NCBI GenBank assembly: GCA_017455295.1
Contig: JAFTBJ010000118.1
Location: 1-56,081, forward strand
DNA from: Clostridia bacterium
GTDB lineage: Bacteria > Bacillota > Clostridia > Oscillospirales > Acutalibacteraceae
DNA: 56,081 bases
Direction: 5' to 3'
Shown here: positions 9,972 to 19,565 of the stretch, piece after piece
Numbering within the stretch: position 1 is the first letter of the stretch
Layout: every line of letters starts with the position of its first letter
Notes under the pieces: model-generated
The model's database searches: none
Told to the model about the DNA's origin: nothing
Seen by the model: only the letters and a program-made list of their open reading frames with translations
Position numbers and translations under genes: made by a program

Positions 9972-10856
9972 ATGGCTACAAGACGACAAAAAAAGCAAAT
10001 GGAATTTGCCGCCCCCAAAAAGCAACAGCGGTCGATCGGCGGTACGATCATGCTGGCTTTGCTGCTGTTTTTGATGGGCTCTTTCATGGCGTTCCCGCTC
10101 ATATACGCCATTTCCTCGGCCTTCAAGCCGCCTGAGGAATTCTTCCTGTTCCCGCCCCCGATCTTCCCGAACAACCCCACGGGTGAGAACTTCCGTCAGC
10201 TGGGACTGGTTATTTCCAATATGTGGATCTCTTTTGAGAGGTATCTCTTCAACAGTCTCTTTATCTCGCTGACGTCGACATTGGCGTACTTGCTGATTGC
10301 AACGCTGGCGGCGTATCCGCTGGCCAAACACGAATTCCCCGGCAAAAAGACGATGAACGAAACGATCACCCTGGCGCTGATGTTTACCCCGGCGATCACG
10401 GCGATCCCGCAGTACATCATCTTGGCCAATCTCCATCTCGTTGACAATCCGCTCGGCGTGTTGCTGCCGACGCTTGCCAGCACCACCGGCGTCTTCCTGT
10501 GCGTGCAGTACATGGAGATCCTACCGAACGCCGTGCTGGAATCCGGCCGCATCGACGGCGCGGGTGAAGGCCGTATCTGGTGGAGTATCGTGATGCCGAA
10601 CATCAAGCCGGTTATCTTCACGATGATGATCTTCCAGTTCCAGGCCGTGTGGAATACGACCGGCGCCAACATCATCTACAACGAGGCGTGGAAAACTCTG
10701 CCCGCCGCCATGGGACAGGTGGCAACGGCCGGTATCGCCCGTGCGGGCGTCGGCTCGGCTGCCGCAATCATCTTGATGATCCCGCCGATCCTGGTGTTCG
10801 TCATCTCTCAAAGTAATGTTATGGAGACGATGGCGCACTCCGGTATCAAGGATTAA
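9972..10856 (+). CDS. carbohydrate ABC transporter permease (MalG-like)
   Basis: The EAA loop reads VLESGRIDGAGEGRIWWSIVMPNIKP. It is a multi-TM protein with GGGGAGGA RBS. Confidence 0.9.
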   Translation: MATRRQKKQMEFAAPKKQQRSIGGTIMLALLLFLMGSFMAFPLIYAISSAFKPPEEFFLFPPPIFPNNPTGENFRQLGLVISNMWISFERYLFNSLFISLTSTLAYLLIATLAAYPLAKHEFPGKKTMNETITLALMFTPAITAIPQYIILANLHLVDNPLGVLLPTLASTTGVFLCVQYMEILPNAVLESGRIDGAGEGRIWWSIVMPNIKPVIFTMMIFQFQAVWNTTGANIIYNEAWKTLPAAMGQVATAGIARAGVGSAAAIILMIPPILVFVISQSNVMETMAHSGIKD

Positions 10857-10871
10857 GGGGGTGGAGAGCAA

Positions 10872-12968
10872 ATGAAAAAATGCAGAGCGTTTTTAGCGAT
10901 CGTTTTGATGCTGATTCTGGTGCTTTCCATTCCGGCCTCCGCGCAGGGAACCGGCAAATCGTATGTGTACAATCATAACCGGATTGCGCAGGAGATTCCC
11001 GACCCCTATAACGTCACCAAGATCGCGGGACAGGGACTCGGCATGGTCAAGCCGGTGGATATGACCATCCACAACGACGAAGTATACGTGCTGGATACCG
11101 ATCACGATGCGGCCGACGGCTATTCCGCCCGCATCCTGATCCTCAACCAAGACTATCAGCTCGACCGGGAGATCTTCTTCAAGGAGGGCGGCGAAGCCTA
11201 CGACTTCCAAGAGGCGAAAGGTCTTTGGGTGGACGAACTGGATCGCATTTATGTCGCCGATCGTTCGGCGCATAAGCTGGACGTGTTTGACCCGCAGGGC
11301 AACCTGACGCACAGCTTTGGCCTTCCGGAATCCCCGATGATCACCTATACGGAAGAAAGTTACCTGCCGACCAAGGTGCTGACTGACCATCTCGGCGTCA
11401 TCTATGTACAGGTGGAAGGCGATTACCGCGGATTCATCATGATGGATCAAAACGGCGAATTCCTCGGATACTTCGGATCGAACGACGTCACCCGCACAGC
11501 GGACGTCATCGCGATGCAGTTCTGGAAGATTATCATGACGGACGAACAGCTTCAGCGTGTCCAACTCGTTCTCCCGATGGAATACAGCAACTTCTGCATC
11601 GACGAAGCGGGCGCCTTCATCTACGGCGTGCGCGGTTCGACCGAAGATATGAATGAGTTGATCCGCAAGATCAACTGCAAGAGCAAAAACGTGCTGGACT
11701 ATAAATCGACCTTCGGCGACTACAACCTCGCCCGGGTCGGCGGCCAGGCAAAAAAGACCAGCTTCAATGCCATCACCGTCGATGAGGATGGGTTCATCAC
11801 CGCGTTCGACTCGACCTGGCAGCGCCTGTTCCAATATACGCCGGAAGGCGATTTGATGTATGTGTTCGGCGGACAGGGCAGTCAGCAAGGTACCTTCATC
11901 AACGGCGTAGACGTGGAATCCTGGGGCAAACAGCTTTTGGTGCTCGATAGCGACTATGCGACCGTCACCGTGATGGAGCCCTCCACCTTTGGCAGCAACG
12001 TGCGCCAGGGTGAGATCTATTACAGCCAGGGCGACTATCAATCCTCGATGGCGCCGTTCCAGGCGGTCGTGGCCGAATGTATGAACTATGAGTTCGGCTA
12101 TCAGGGCATCGGCAAAGCGCAGTATATGCAGCGCGACTATGAAGCGGCGATGGATTCCTTCTATCTCGCGCACGACCAGTTGGACTATTCGATGGCCTTC
12201 AAGATGTACCGCGGTGAAGTGATGCGCAGCCTGACGCTGCCGTTCCTGATCCTTATCGTGCTGATTGCGGTGATCGCCATCACGGTGTCGATCCTGCGCA
12301 AGAAGGGCATCCTGAAAAAGAAAAAACTGGTGCTGGACGAATCGGGCAAGGTCAAGTATATGTTCCATACCTTGCTCCACCCGATTGAAGGCTACGAGGA
12401 AATGCGGTACAATAAAAAGTATTCGCTGGCCATTGCCAACATCGCCATTTTCTTCTTCTTCTTCAGCTCGGTGATCATGTCGATGTACAGCGGCTTCATC
12501 TTCAACGGAAAGAACGCCCAGAACTACAACGTCTTGATCACCATCGTCAGCGTGCTCGGCGGTTTCACCCTCTTTGTGCTGGTGAACTGGCTGATGGCCA
12601 CGTTCCTCGAAGGTAAAGGCAAGTTCAAGGAAGTGTGGATCTATCTCGGATATGCGACTATTCCGTATTCGGTGACCTGCTTCCTGTATACGCTGCTTTC
12701 CAATCTGTTGACATCGGAAGAATCCACCTTCCTGTGGTACCTGATGATCATCGGACAAGGCTGGGCAATCGTCATGGTGTTCTTTGCGCTGCAGGGTTTG
12801 CACATGTACAGCTTCTGGCGCAACATCCTGTCGATCTTGATCACGATCCTTGGCATGCTCGCCGTGATCTTCATTATCTTCCTGATGTTCAACCTGTTTG
12901 TGCAGTTCTTCTCGTTTGTGGAAAGCATTTACACCGAATCGATGTATCGATTCGCCGTCGGATTTTAA
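10872..12968 (+). CDS. signal peptide / NHL-repeat beta-propeller / TPR-like segment / C-terminal Yip1-type 5-TM domain protein
   Basis: NHL-like blades read DRIYVADRSAHKLDVFDPQGNLTHSFG, GVIYVQVEGDYRGFIMMDQNGEFLGYFG and EGDLMYVFGGQGSQQGTF. The TPR-like stretch reads YYSQGDYQSSMAPFQ...AQYMQRDYEAAMDSF. A block of hydrophobic helices resembling Yip1 domains follows from about residue 455. Confidence 0.65.
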   Translation: MKKCRAFLAIVLMLILVLSIPASAQGTGKSYVYNHNRIAQEIPDPYNVTKIAGQGLGMVKPVDMTIHNDEVYVLDTDHDAADGYSARILILNQDYQLDREIFFKEGGEAYDFQEAKGLWVDELDRIYVADRSAHKLDVFDPQGNLTHSFGLPESPMITYTEESYLPTKVLTDHLGVIYVQVEGDYRGFIMMDQNGEFLGYFGSNDVTRTADVIAMQFWKIIMTDEQLQRVQLVLPMEYSNFCIDEAGAFIYGVRGSTEDMNELIRKINCKSKNVLDYKSTFGDYNLARVGGQAKKTSFNAITVDEDGFITAFDSTWQRLFQYTPEGDLMYVFGGQGSQQGTFINGVDVESWGKQLLVLDSDYATVTVMEPSTFGSNVRQGEIYYSQGDYQSSMAPFQAVVAECMNYEFGYQGIGKAQYMQRDYEAAMDSFYLAHDQLDYSMAFKMYRGEVMRSLTLPFLILIVLIAVIAITVSILRKKGILKKKKLVLDESGKVKYMFHTLLHPIEGYEEMRYNKKYSLAIANIAIFFFFFSSVIMSMYSGFIFNGKNAQNYNVLITIVSVLGGFTLFVLVNWLMATFLEGKGKFKEVWIYLGYATIPYSVTCFLYTLLSNLLTSEESTFLWYLMIIGQGWAIVMVFFALQGLHMYSFWRNILSILITILGMLAVIFIIFLMFNLFVQFFSFVESIYTESMYRFAVGF

Positions 12969-12983
12969 AGGAGGAGGAGACGT

Positions 12984-15242
12984 ATGAATAAGAGATTATT
13001 AGCTCTGTTGCTCTCCGTCTTCCTGCTTCTGACGGTCTTCTCCGCTGTGTATGCGGATGAGGAGACCGAAGCGACCGAGGAAACGGCGGAGGACGAAGTG
13101 GTGCTTCTTCTCGACGAAGAGGAAGAAGTCGAGACATTCGATTTCCAGGAATACGCGTCCAACGCGAATTTCTCGCTCAGCTGCGACGAAAAGACGACCT
13201 TTATCTGCCTGAAGGATAAGCGTACGGGCCAGGAATGGTATTCCAACCCGCCGATCCCGCTTGGATCCGATCCTTATGTACAGGGCATCGCGCAGACGGA
13301 TATCCGTTCGGTCATGCATGTGACCTATACGAATGCCGCGATGAAGGTCAAGGAAACGAACAGCTATTCCGGCAGCGTGATGAAAAACGCGGCCAAAGTC
13401 AAAAAGCAGGCGAACGGCCTGCGTGTGGATTACCGCTTCACCGAATTGAAAGCGACCATCCCGGTGCGATACACACTGACGGATGACGGCATGAAGGCGG
13501 AGATCCTGTTCTCCGAGATTGAGGAAGAAACAACCAACTATATCAACAACATTGATTTTCTTACCTATTTCGGAGCGGCCGGTGAAAAGGACGAAGGGTA
13601 TCTCGTGATCCCCGACGGTTCCGGTGCGCTGGTCCGGTTCAACAACCAGAAAAATATGGATGGCATGGCGTACAAACAGTCGTTCTATGGCGACGACCTT
13701 GCGGCGATTACCGATTCGTCGGTTACGACGTCCCGTATGGAAAGCATCACGCTTCCGGTATACGGCATAGTCAAAAACGGCTACGGCTTTTTGGCGGAAG
13801 TGACGTCCGGCGTGGAGAACGCGTCGCTCAAAGCGGCGACCTCCGGCAACCGGCTTGTGGGTGCATACAACATCGTCTATACCAACGCGGTGTATCACAC
13901 CTACTATTCGCTCCCGTTGATGGGTCAGATCGCGACCGAGCGATCCAACGTGCTGTATAACGCGCAGGATCGCGTAAGCAGCGAGACCTATACGGTCGAA
14001 TACCACTTCGCTGCGGATGACAAAACGGATTATGTGTCGCTTGCGTCCATGTATCGAACCATACTGACGACGCGCGGATGGCTGAGCAAGAACGAGGTCG
14101 AGGATGCGTTTTATGCCGAGTTTTACGGCGGCGTCAACAAGACGAAATCCTTTGCCGGTATCCTGTACACAGCGCGCGAGACCCTGACCTCCTTCCAAGA
14201 TGCGCAGGCAATCCTGGAAAGCTTGAAAGCGGGCGGCGTGAGCAAGATCCACGCGACCTATCAATGCTTCTCCGACGACTTCTTTGCAAGCGATCTGGAA
14301 GTGAAGCTGAATCCGTCCGGTTCGCTCGGCGGCGGCAGCGCGATGGCGGAGCTGCTCAGCTATGCGGCAGATAACGGCGTCACACTCGGCGTCGCGGCGG
14401 ACTTCATCGACTTGCCGAGCGGCGGCAACGGATATTCCACGTTCTGGGATGTGGCGGACGCCATCAACATCTCTCCAATCAAGGTGTATCCGACCTCGCT
14501 CAACAGCAATACACAGGATACGTCGAAGAAACCGTATTACCTGATCGATCCGCAGAAGTATCAAACGGCGATCGAATCGCTGCAGAAGGCGATCGCGGAT
14601 CATGGGTACACCGGCCTCTACTTCGATGACGACGCGCTGGAGCTGTATTCCGATCTGGCGCCGAACGGCTATCAAAGAGAGCGCACGGTTACCACGCAAA
14701 GCGAAGCGATGGACGCGCTGGCGCAAACCGATGCGGCGATTGTGATGAGCAATCCGAATGCGTACATGTTCGCTTATGCGGATCAAATGGTCAACATTCC
14801 CGTGACGAGTAGCAATGAGATCCTCTTTGATGAAGACGTCCCGTTCCTGCAAACCGTTCTGCGCGGCATGGTCAACATCGCCGGTGAGAACATGAACATC
14901 ACGGATGTGTCCGAAACGGCGTTCCTCAAACATCTGGAGTATGGCACCGACCTGCGGTACGCGTTGATGGAAGCGGACAGCGAGGTGCTGCTCAATACCG
15001 ATATGACCTTCCTGTATTCGGCCAAATACGAAGTCTATAAAGACGAGATTCCGAAACGCTGGAAAGCGTTTGAGGAGTTTGGCAAAGCGGTTGGATCCGC
15101 CAATATCTCCGCTCACAAAAAAGACGGAAATGTTGCGGTCACGACCTATGACAACGGTGCGAAGGTCTATGTGAATTACGGCGCGACAGCGGCGACGATC
15201 GACGGGGTTACCGTGGAACCGTTGTCCTACGCAATTCATTGA
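12984..15242 (+). CDS. large N-terminally anchored or secreted protein of unknown function (DUF5696-like by recollection of similar operons)
   Basis: GGAGGAGGAG RBS is present. The N-terminal hydrophobic segment is [20 protein letters not shown], followed by an acidic linker. I recognised no catalytic motif. The DUF5696 label rests on my memory that such about 750-aa proteins accompany Yip1-type proteins and giant SBPs in Firmicute ABC loci, and it needs an HMM check. Confidence 0.45.
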   Translation: MNKRLLALLLSVFLLLTVFSAVYADEETEATEETAEDEVVLLLDEEEEVETFDFQEYASNANFSLSCDEKTTFICLKDKRTGQEWYSNPPIPLGSDPYVQGIAQTDIRSVMHVTYTNAAMKVKETNSYSGSVMKNAAKVKKQANGLRVDYRFTELKATIPVRYTLTDDGMKAEILFSEIEEETTNYINNIDFLTYFGAAGEKDEGYLVIPDGSGALVRFNNQKNMDGMAYKQSFYGDDLAAITDSSVTTSRMESITLPVYGIVKNGYGFLAEVTSGVENASLKAATSGNRLVGAYNIVYTNAVYHTYYSLPLMGQIATERSNVLYNAQDRVSSETYTVEYHFAADDKTDYVSLASMYRTILTTRGWLSKNEVEDAFYAEFYGGVNKTKSFAGILYTARETLTSFQDAQAILESLKAGGVSKIHATYQCFSDDFFASDLEVKLNPSGSLGGGSAMAELLSYAADNGVTLGVAADFIDLPSGGNGYSTFWDVADAINISPIKVYPTSLNSNTQDTSKKPYYLIDPQKYQTAIESLQKAIADHGYTGLYFDDDALELYSDLAPNGYQRERTVTTQSEAMDALAQTDAAIVMSNPNAYMFAYADQMVNIPVTSSNEILFDEDVPFLQTVLRGMVNIAGENMNITDVSETAFLKHLEYGTDLRYALMEADSEVLLNTDMTFLYSAKYEVYKDEIPKRWKAFEEFGKAVGSANISAHKKDGNVAVTTYDNGAKVYVNYGATAATIDGVTVEPLSYAIH

Positions 15243-15256
15243 GGGGAGGGACGAAC

Positions 15257-16171
15257 ATGAGTAAAAAAAGCGCAGCGGCGGATCGCCCGCCCAAAAGCTC
15301 GATGTCGCTGGAAAAGAAAGCCAAGTGGGCAGGCTACTTGTTCATGGTTCCCTGGCTGATCGGCGTTATCAGTTTCCTCATCGTCCCGTTTATCGTGGCT
15401 ATCTTCTATTCTTTCAGTAAGATTTCCCTTGCGAACGGCTTGAACGTCACCTTGATCGGCATTGAAAACTATAAATTTATTTTTACGATCGATCCCGACT
15501 TTGTGCCAAACCTCTGGACCAGTTTTCTGTCACTGCTTCGTGATGTGCCGATCATCACCATCTTCTCGTTCTTTGTGGCTCTTATCCTGAACGAGAAATT
15601 CCCCGGCCGTCTGTTTGCGAGAGCGCTGTTCTTCCTGCCGGTGATCGTGGCGTCTTCCATGGTGCTGAAGATCATCAACGAAGATTTGTTTGTCAGCTAC
15701 GGTATGAGCGGCGGTTCCACCGCCATCTTCCAGACCGGATCGATCACGGCGTTCCTCGGTCAACTCGGCCTTCCGCAAAACCTGGTACAGATCTTTGCGG
15801 AGGTTACCTCGCAGGTGTTCGACCTGTCGTGGAAATCCGGCTTGCAGATTCTGCTGTTCCTGAGCGCCCTACAAGGCGTTCCCGCTTCCTACTACGAAGT
15901 GTGCTCCATCGAGGGCGCCAACGCGTGGGATGCGTTCTGGAAGGTCACGGTGCCGGTGGTGTCGCCCACCATCTTCATCGTGGTGCTCTATACCATCATC
16001 GACAGCTTTACCGATATGACCAACCCGGTCATGGCCAGCATCATGTCGTATTCCGGCGAATTGAAATACGGCTATGCTTCCGCGGAAGCGATGATCTATT
16101 TCGTCGTCATCGGCGTGGTGCTCGGACTTATCACGTTGATCTTCGGTAGGCGTGTCTTCCATAACGGTTGA
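15257..16171 (+). CDS. sugar ABC transporter permease (second importer, MalF-like)
   Basis: Multi-TM protein. The EAA loop reads [37 protein letters not shown] lies before ATG 15257. Confidence 0.9.
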   Translation: MSKKSAAADRPPKSSMSLEKKAKWAGYLFMVPWLIGVISFLIVPFIVAIFYSFSKISLANGLNVTLIGIENYKFIFTIDPDFVPNLWTSFLSLLRDVPIITIFSFFVALILNEKFPGRLFARALFFLPVIVASSMVLKIINEDLFVSYGMSGGSTAIFQTGSITAFLGQLGLPQNLVQIFAEVTSQVFDLSWKSGLQILLFLSALQGVPASYYEVCSIEGANAWDAFWKVTVPVVSPTIFIVVLYTIIDSFTDMTNPVMASIMSYSGELKYGYASAEAMIYFVVIGVVLGLITLIFGRRVFHNG

Positions 16172-16188
16172 GAAAGGGGAGAGGAATC

Positions 16189-17202
16189 ATGAGTAAACCA
16201 ACTATGGCGGTCGGACGGGAATCCCGTCTGAAATCTGCCTCGTATCAACTCAAGCGGCATGTGCCGCATGTGCTCTATTCCATCTTCCGCTATGCGTTCA
16301 TCATCGGTATGGCGTACGTCCTCTTATATCCGATCCTGATCATGGCGTCGCGTGCACTGCGCCCGGCAGCGGATATGACCAACCCCAGCATTGTGTGGAT
16401 CCCGACCGGCTTTACGTTCGAGAACCTGCAGATCGCCTGGCGTTTGCTTGAATATCCGACGACCTTGATCTTCACGACGCGCATCGTGATCATCAGCACG
16501 CTGCTGTCGCTGATCTCCTGCTCGATGGCCGGCTATGCACTGGCACGGTATCGCCTGAAACTCTCCGGCCTTTGCTCGGCGATCGCGATCCTGACCATTG
16601 TCGTGCCGATGCAGACGTACATCATCCCACTATTTACGCAGATGCACTATTTCACACCGCTCGGCATCGGTACGCTTCTGTCGTCGCTGCCTTTTGGCAT
16701 ATCGGTCAACAACAACGTGTTGATCCCGAACCTCACCGGATCGGAATGGTGCTATTATGTCGCGGCGGCGCTGGGATCCGGCCTTCGTTCCGGCCTGTTC
16801 ATCATCGTCTTCATGAACTTCTTCAAGGGCATGCCCAAAGAACTGGAAGACGCGGCGCGCGTGGACGGTTGCTCCGAACTGCGCACCTTTGTACAGGTTA
16901 TGATCCCGAATGCGGGTGCCCCGTTCCTGGTGGTTACCTTGTTCTCCATCGTCTGGTATTGGAATGATTACTATTTCGCCCAGATGATGATGAGCGGACG
17001 CACCATGCTGTCCACCAAGATCGCGGTGGTCAAACGTATGGTCAGTCAGGCGACGGAAGTCGTCAAAACCGAAAGCGGTCTCGGCGAGACGGTGGTTGTC
17101 TTTGCTGCAGCGCTGCTGTTCATTATTCCGCCACTGTTATTATATCTGTATCTGCAGAAGTACTTTGTACAAAGTATCGAGCGGACAGGTATAGTGGGCT
17201 AA
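16189..17202 (+). CDS. carbohydrate ABC transporter permease (second importer, MalG-like)
   Basis: The EAA loop reads PKELEDAARVDGCSELRTFVQVMIPNA. It is a multi-TM protein. GGGGAGAGGA lies before ATG 16189. Confidence 0.9.
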   Translation: MSKPTMAVGRESRLKSASYQLKRHVPHVLYSIFRYAFIIGMAYVLLYPILIMASRALRPAADMTNPSIVWIPTGFTFENLQIAWRLLEYPTTLIFTTRIVIISTLLSLISCSMAGYALARYRLKLSGLCSAIAILTIVVPMQTYIIPLFTQMHYFTPLGIGTLLSSLPFGISVNNNVLIPNLTGSEWCYYVAAALGSGLRSGLFIIVFMNFFKGMPKELEDAARVDGCSELRTFVQVMIPNAGAPFLVVTLFSIVWYWNDYYFAQMMMSGRTMLSTKIAVVKRMVSQATEVVKTESGLGETVVVFAAALLFIIPPLLLYLYLQKYFVQSIERTGIVG

Positions 17203-17236
17203 TATTTTCAACATCTCTAAAGGAGGCACTACAGGT

Positions 17237-18259
17237 ATGAAAATGGCAAAAAAAGTACTGGCGGTCGTCATGGCGATCGCGATGCTCGCGGCGTTCTCGT
17301 CCGTGAGCATGGTCGTGTCTGCGGAAGACGCGAAAGACTCGGTTGAGGGCATTCGCTGGTTTCCGGCAGACATGACGCGTAATGGCGGCTATGACGACAT
17401 GTGGGAAGTCGAAGTGGCGGCGGATGGCGGCCTTGTCTGCCAGCGCTTCAACGAGGCGGACCAGAATCCCGATGCGCAGGATGCGCTGCTGGATACCACT
17501 TATGATGAGAACGGCGCTCTGACGATCTCTCGTAACGCGAACGGCGATCAGGATCCCTATTGGCCGCGTATCCGCACCCTGTATCTCGAGAATATGCCGG
17601 CGATCGATCTCAGCACGGCGAACACGCTGTACTTTGACTTCACCGCGACCGAGAGCTGGATGATCGCGCTCGACTTCAACGGCAGCCTCGAGCTCAAGCT
17701 CGCGAAAGCGATCTGCGAAGCGGCCGGCACGGCGAACCTCGGCAGCACCGACGAAGACGGTGTGGCGGGCACCTACAAAGGCTCCATCAACCTGAACGAC
17801 GTCATCAACGGCATCGCGACCTCCGCGGCCGACCCGCATAAGACCGAGATGTCGGCTCTGCAGTCGATGAAGAAGATCTTTGTGCCGATGGCGCAGATCT
17901 TCGTGGTTGGTTCCCGTTCGGCGAGCATGACCATCAACAGCCTGTACATCAGCTCCGCCGATGATCCCACCGGTGAGAAGTGCGATCTGATGGACATGGG
18001 CCTTGTCTATGGCGACGATTTCTATGACACCGACGACGCTCCGGCGACCGACGACGCGTCTGCGGATGACAAAGACGAAGAGCCTGCGGACGACAAAGAC
18101 GACGCGGCTGAGAATACTACGACTACGACCAAAGCGGCTGCGAATAATACGGGCGGCGGCGTGAACATCTGGGTGATCGTCGGCATCGTGGCGGCGGTCG
18201 TCGTGGTGGCGGTCGTTGTGGTCATTGTGGTGACCAAAGGCAAGAAAAAGGGCGCGTAA
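17237..18259 (+). CDS. secreted protein of unknown function with acidic linker and C-terminal TM anchor (paralog A)
   Basis: AGGAGG RBS is present. The signal peptide ends VSAEDA. A roughly 230-aa globular part is followed by a D/E/T-rich linker, then the helix IWVIVGIVAAVVVVAVVVVIVV and KGKKKGA. Confidence 0.7.
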   Translation: MKMAKKVLAVVMAIAMLAAFSSVSMVVSAEDAKDSVEGIRWFPADMTRNGGYDDMWEVEVAADGGLVCQRFNEADQNPDAQDALLDTTYDENGALTISRNANGDQDPYWPRIRTLYLENMPAIDLSTANTLYFDFTATESWMIALDFNGSLELKLAKAICEAAGTANLGSTDEDGVAGTYKGSINLNDVINGIATSAADPHKTEMSALQSMKKIFVPMAQIFVVGSRSASMTINSLYISSADDPTGEKCDLMDMGLVYGDDFYDTDDAPATDDASADDKDEEPADDKDDAAENTTTTTKAAANNTGGGVNIWVIVGIVAAVVVVAVVVVIVVTKGKKKGA

Positions 18260-18327
18260 ATCTTCGTGACCTTTGATTCGTCCTGCCGATAAGGTGGCGA
18301 CGAACCGCAAATAAGCAAGAATACCGC

Positions 18328-18385
18328 GCCTCTGCGGGTGGGCTGCGCCCATCCGCAGAGGCCGGATCCTGCTTTCTTTTCTGTG
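18328..18385 (+). terminator. rho-independent terminator (a second small hairpin lies at 18386-18411)
   Basis: 15-bp stem GCCTCTGCGGGTGGG / CCCATCCGCAGAGGC (18328-18342 / 18348-18362) followed by a T-rich tract CTTTCTTTTCTGTGTTTT. Confidence 0.65.
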
Positions 18386-18548
18386 TTTTCGGGGCAAATC
18401 CTGCCCGAAAACCATGTCGCGATATCGGTTTCCTGGCGTATGGAGAGGAAGCGGATATGACGGCATTTTCCCTTATCGCGCGCGTGCGTATTATTATATA
18501 TAAGGCGCCCCGCATTAGCGGCAGGACGCTGAAAGGAGAGAACCCACC

Positions 18549-19526
18549 ATGAGAATTTTGAAAAGCACATTTGCCCTGATGCTGGCAGCGGCGCTGCTGA
18601 TGTCGCTCTTGGTTTCGGCTCTGCCGGTGGCTGCCGAGGCGGATCTTGAGACCGGCGCTCGCTGGTTTCCGGCTCGCATGGAGATAAATGGCGGCTATGA
18701 CGACATGTGGGAAGTCGTGTGCGGCGAAAGCATGTTCCAGCGCTTTAACGAGGCGGAAACCAATGAAGACGCGGCGGACGCCTGGCTGGATACAACCTAT
18801 GACGCGAACGGCGCATTGACGATCACCCGCAACGGTAAGGACGAAAAAGAAGGCGTCTTCTGGCCGAAGGTGCGCACGCTGTATCTCGAAAGCATGCCGT
18901 CGATCGATTTTGAAAAAACGAATCTGCTTTACTACGACTTCACTGCGACCGAGAATTGGGCGATCGACCTCATTTTCAACGGCTCGCTGGAACTGCGCTT
19001 GACCAAGGCGATCTGTGAGGCGGCCGGGACGGCGACGCTTGCCTCCACCGCCGACGACGGCGTGGCGGGCACCTATCGCGGCTCGATCGATTTGAACGAA
19101 GCAATTGCGGCGATCGCCGCCGATTCGGCGGATCCGTTCTGCACGCAGGCGCAGGCGCTGCAATCCATGAAAAAGCTCTTTTTGCCGCAAATGAATCTGT
19201 TTGTGGTCGGCAACGTCGGCGCGTCGATGACGGTGAACAAGCTGTACATCGCATCCGAAGCCGATCCCGAAGGCGAACAGTGCGCCTATGTCGCGCTGGA
19301 CTTGATTTATGGTGAAACCGAGGAGCCGGGCGAGGAACCCGCTGACGAGGAAGAAACCGAAACGACCGCATCCACCACATCCGCCGGGGAGGACAAGACG
19401 CCCGCGGATACGCCCGATAACGGGCTGCCCGTGTGGCTGATCCCGTGCATCGTCGGTGTGCTGGTGCTGGCCACGGTGGTCGTGATCTTTGTGGTGCCGA
19501 AGAAAAAGGCCAAAAATAAGCAATAA
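18549..19526 (+). CDS. secreted protein of unknown function with acidic linker and C-terminal TM anchor (paralog B)
   Basis: It aligns by eye with 17237-18259 (RWFPA.M..NGGYDDMWEV, RFNEA..N.DA.DA.LDTTYD.NGALTI.RN, LYFDFTATE.W.I.L.FNGSLEL.L.KAICEAAGTA, VAGTY.GSI.LN). The linker, TM and KKK architecture is the same. Confidence 0.7.
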   Translation: MRILKSTFALMLAAALLMSLLVSALPVAAEADLETGARWFPARMEINGGYDDMWEVVCGESMFQRFNEAETNEDAADAWLDTTYDANGALTITRNGKDEKEGVFWPKVRTLYLESMPSIDFEKTNLLYYDFTATENWAIDLIFNGSLELRLTKAICEAAGTATLASTADDGVAGTYRGSIDLNEAIAAIAADSADPFCTQAQALQSMKKLFLPQMNLFVVGNVGASMTVNKLYIASEADPEGEQCAYVALDLIYGETEEPGEEPADEEETETTASTTSAGEDKTPADTPDNGLPVWLIPCIVGVLVLATVVVIFVVPKKKAKNKQ

Positions 19527-19565
19527 AAATGCGGCGATTCTGCCGGCAAGAGTGGAGGGCTTAAC

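Noticed and set aside
9056-17202. The missing ABC ATPase as evidence of a defective or incomplete transporter.
   Set aside because: Firmicute CUT1 sugar importers commonly rely on a shared MsmX/MsmK-type ATPase encoded elsewhere. Absence from the locus is therefore expected, not anomalous.
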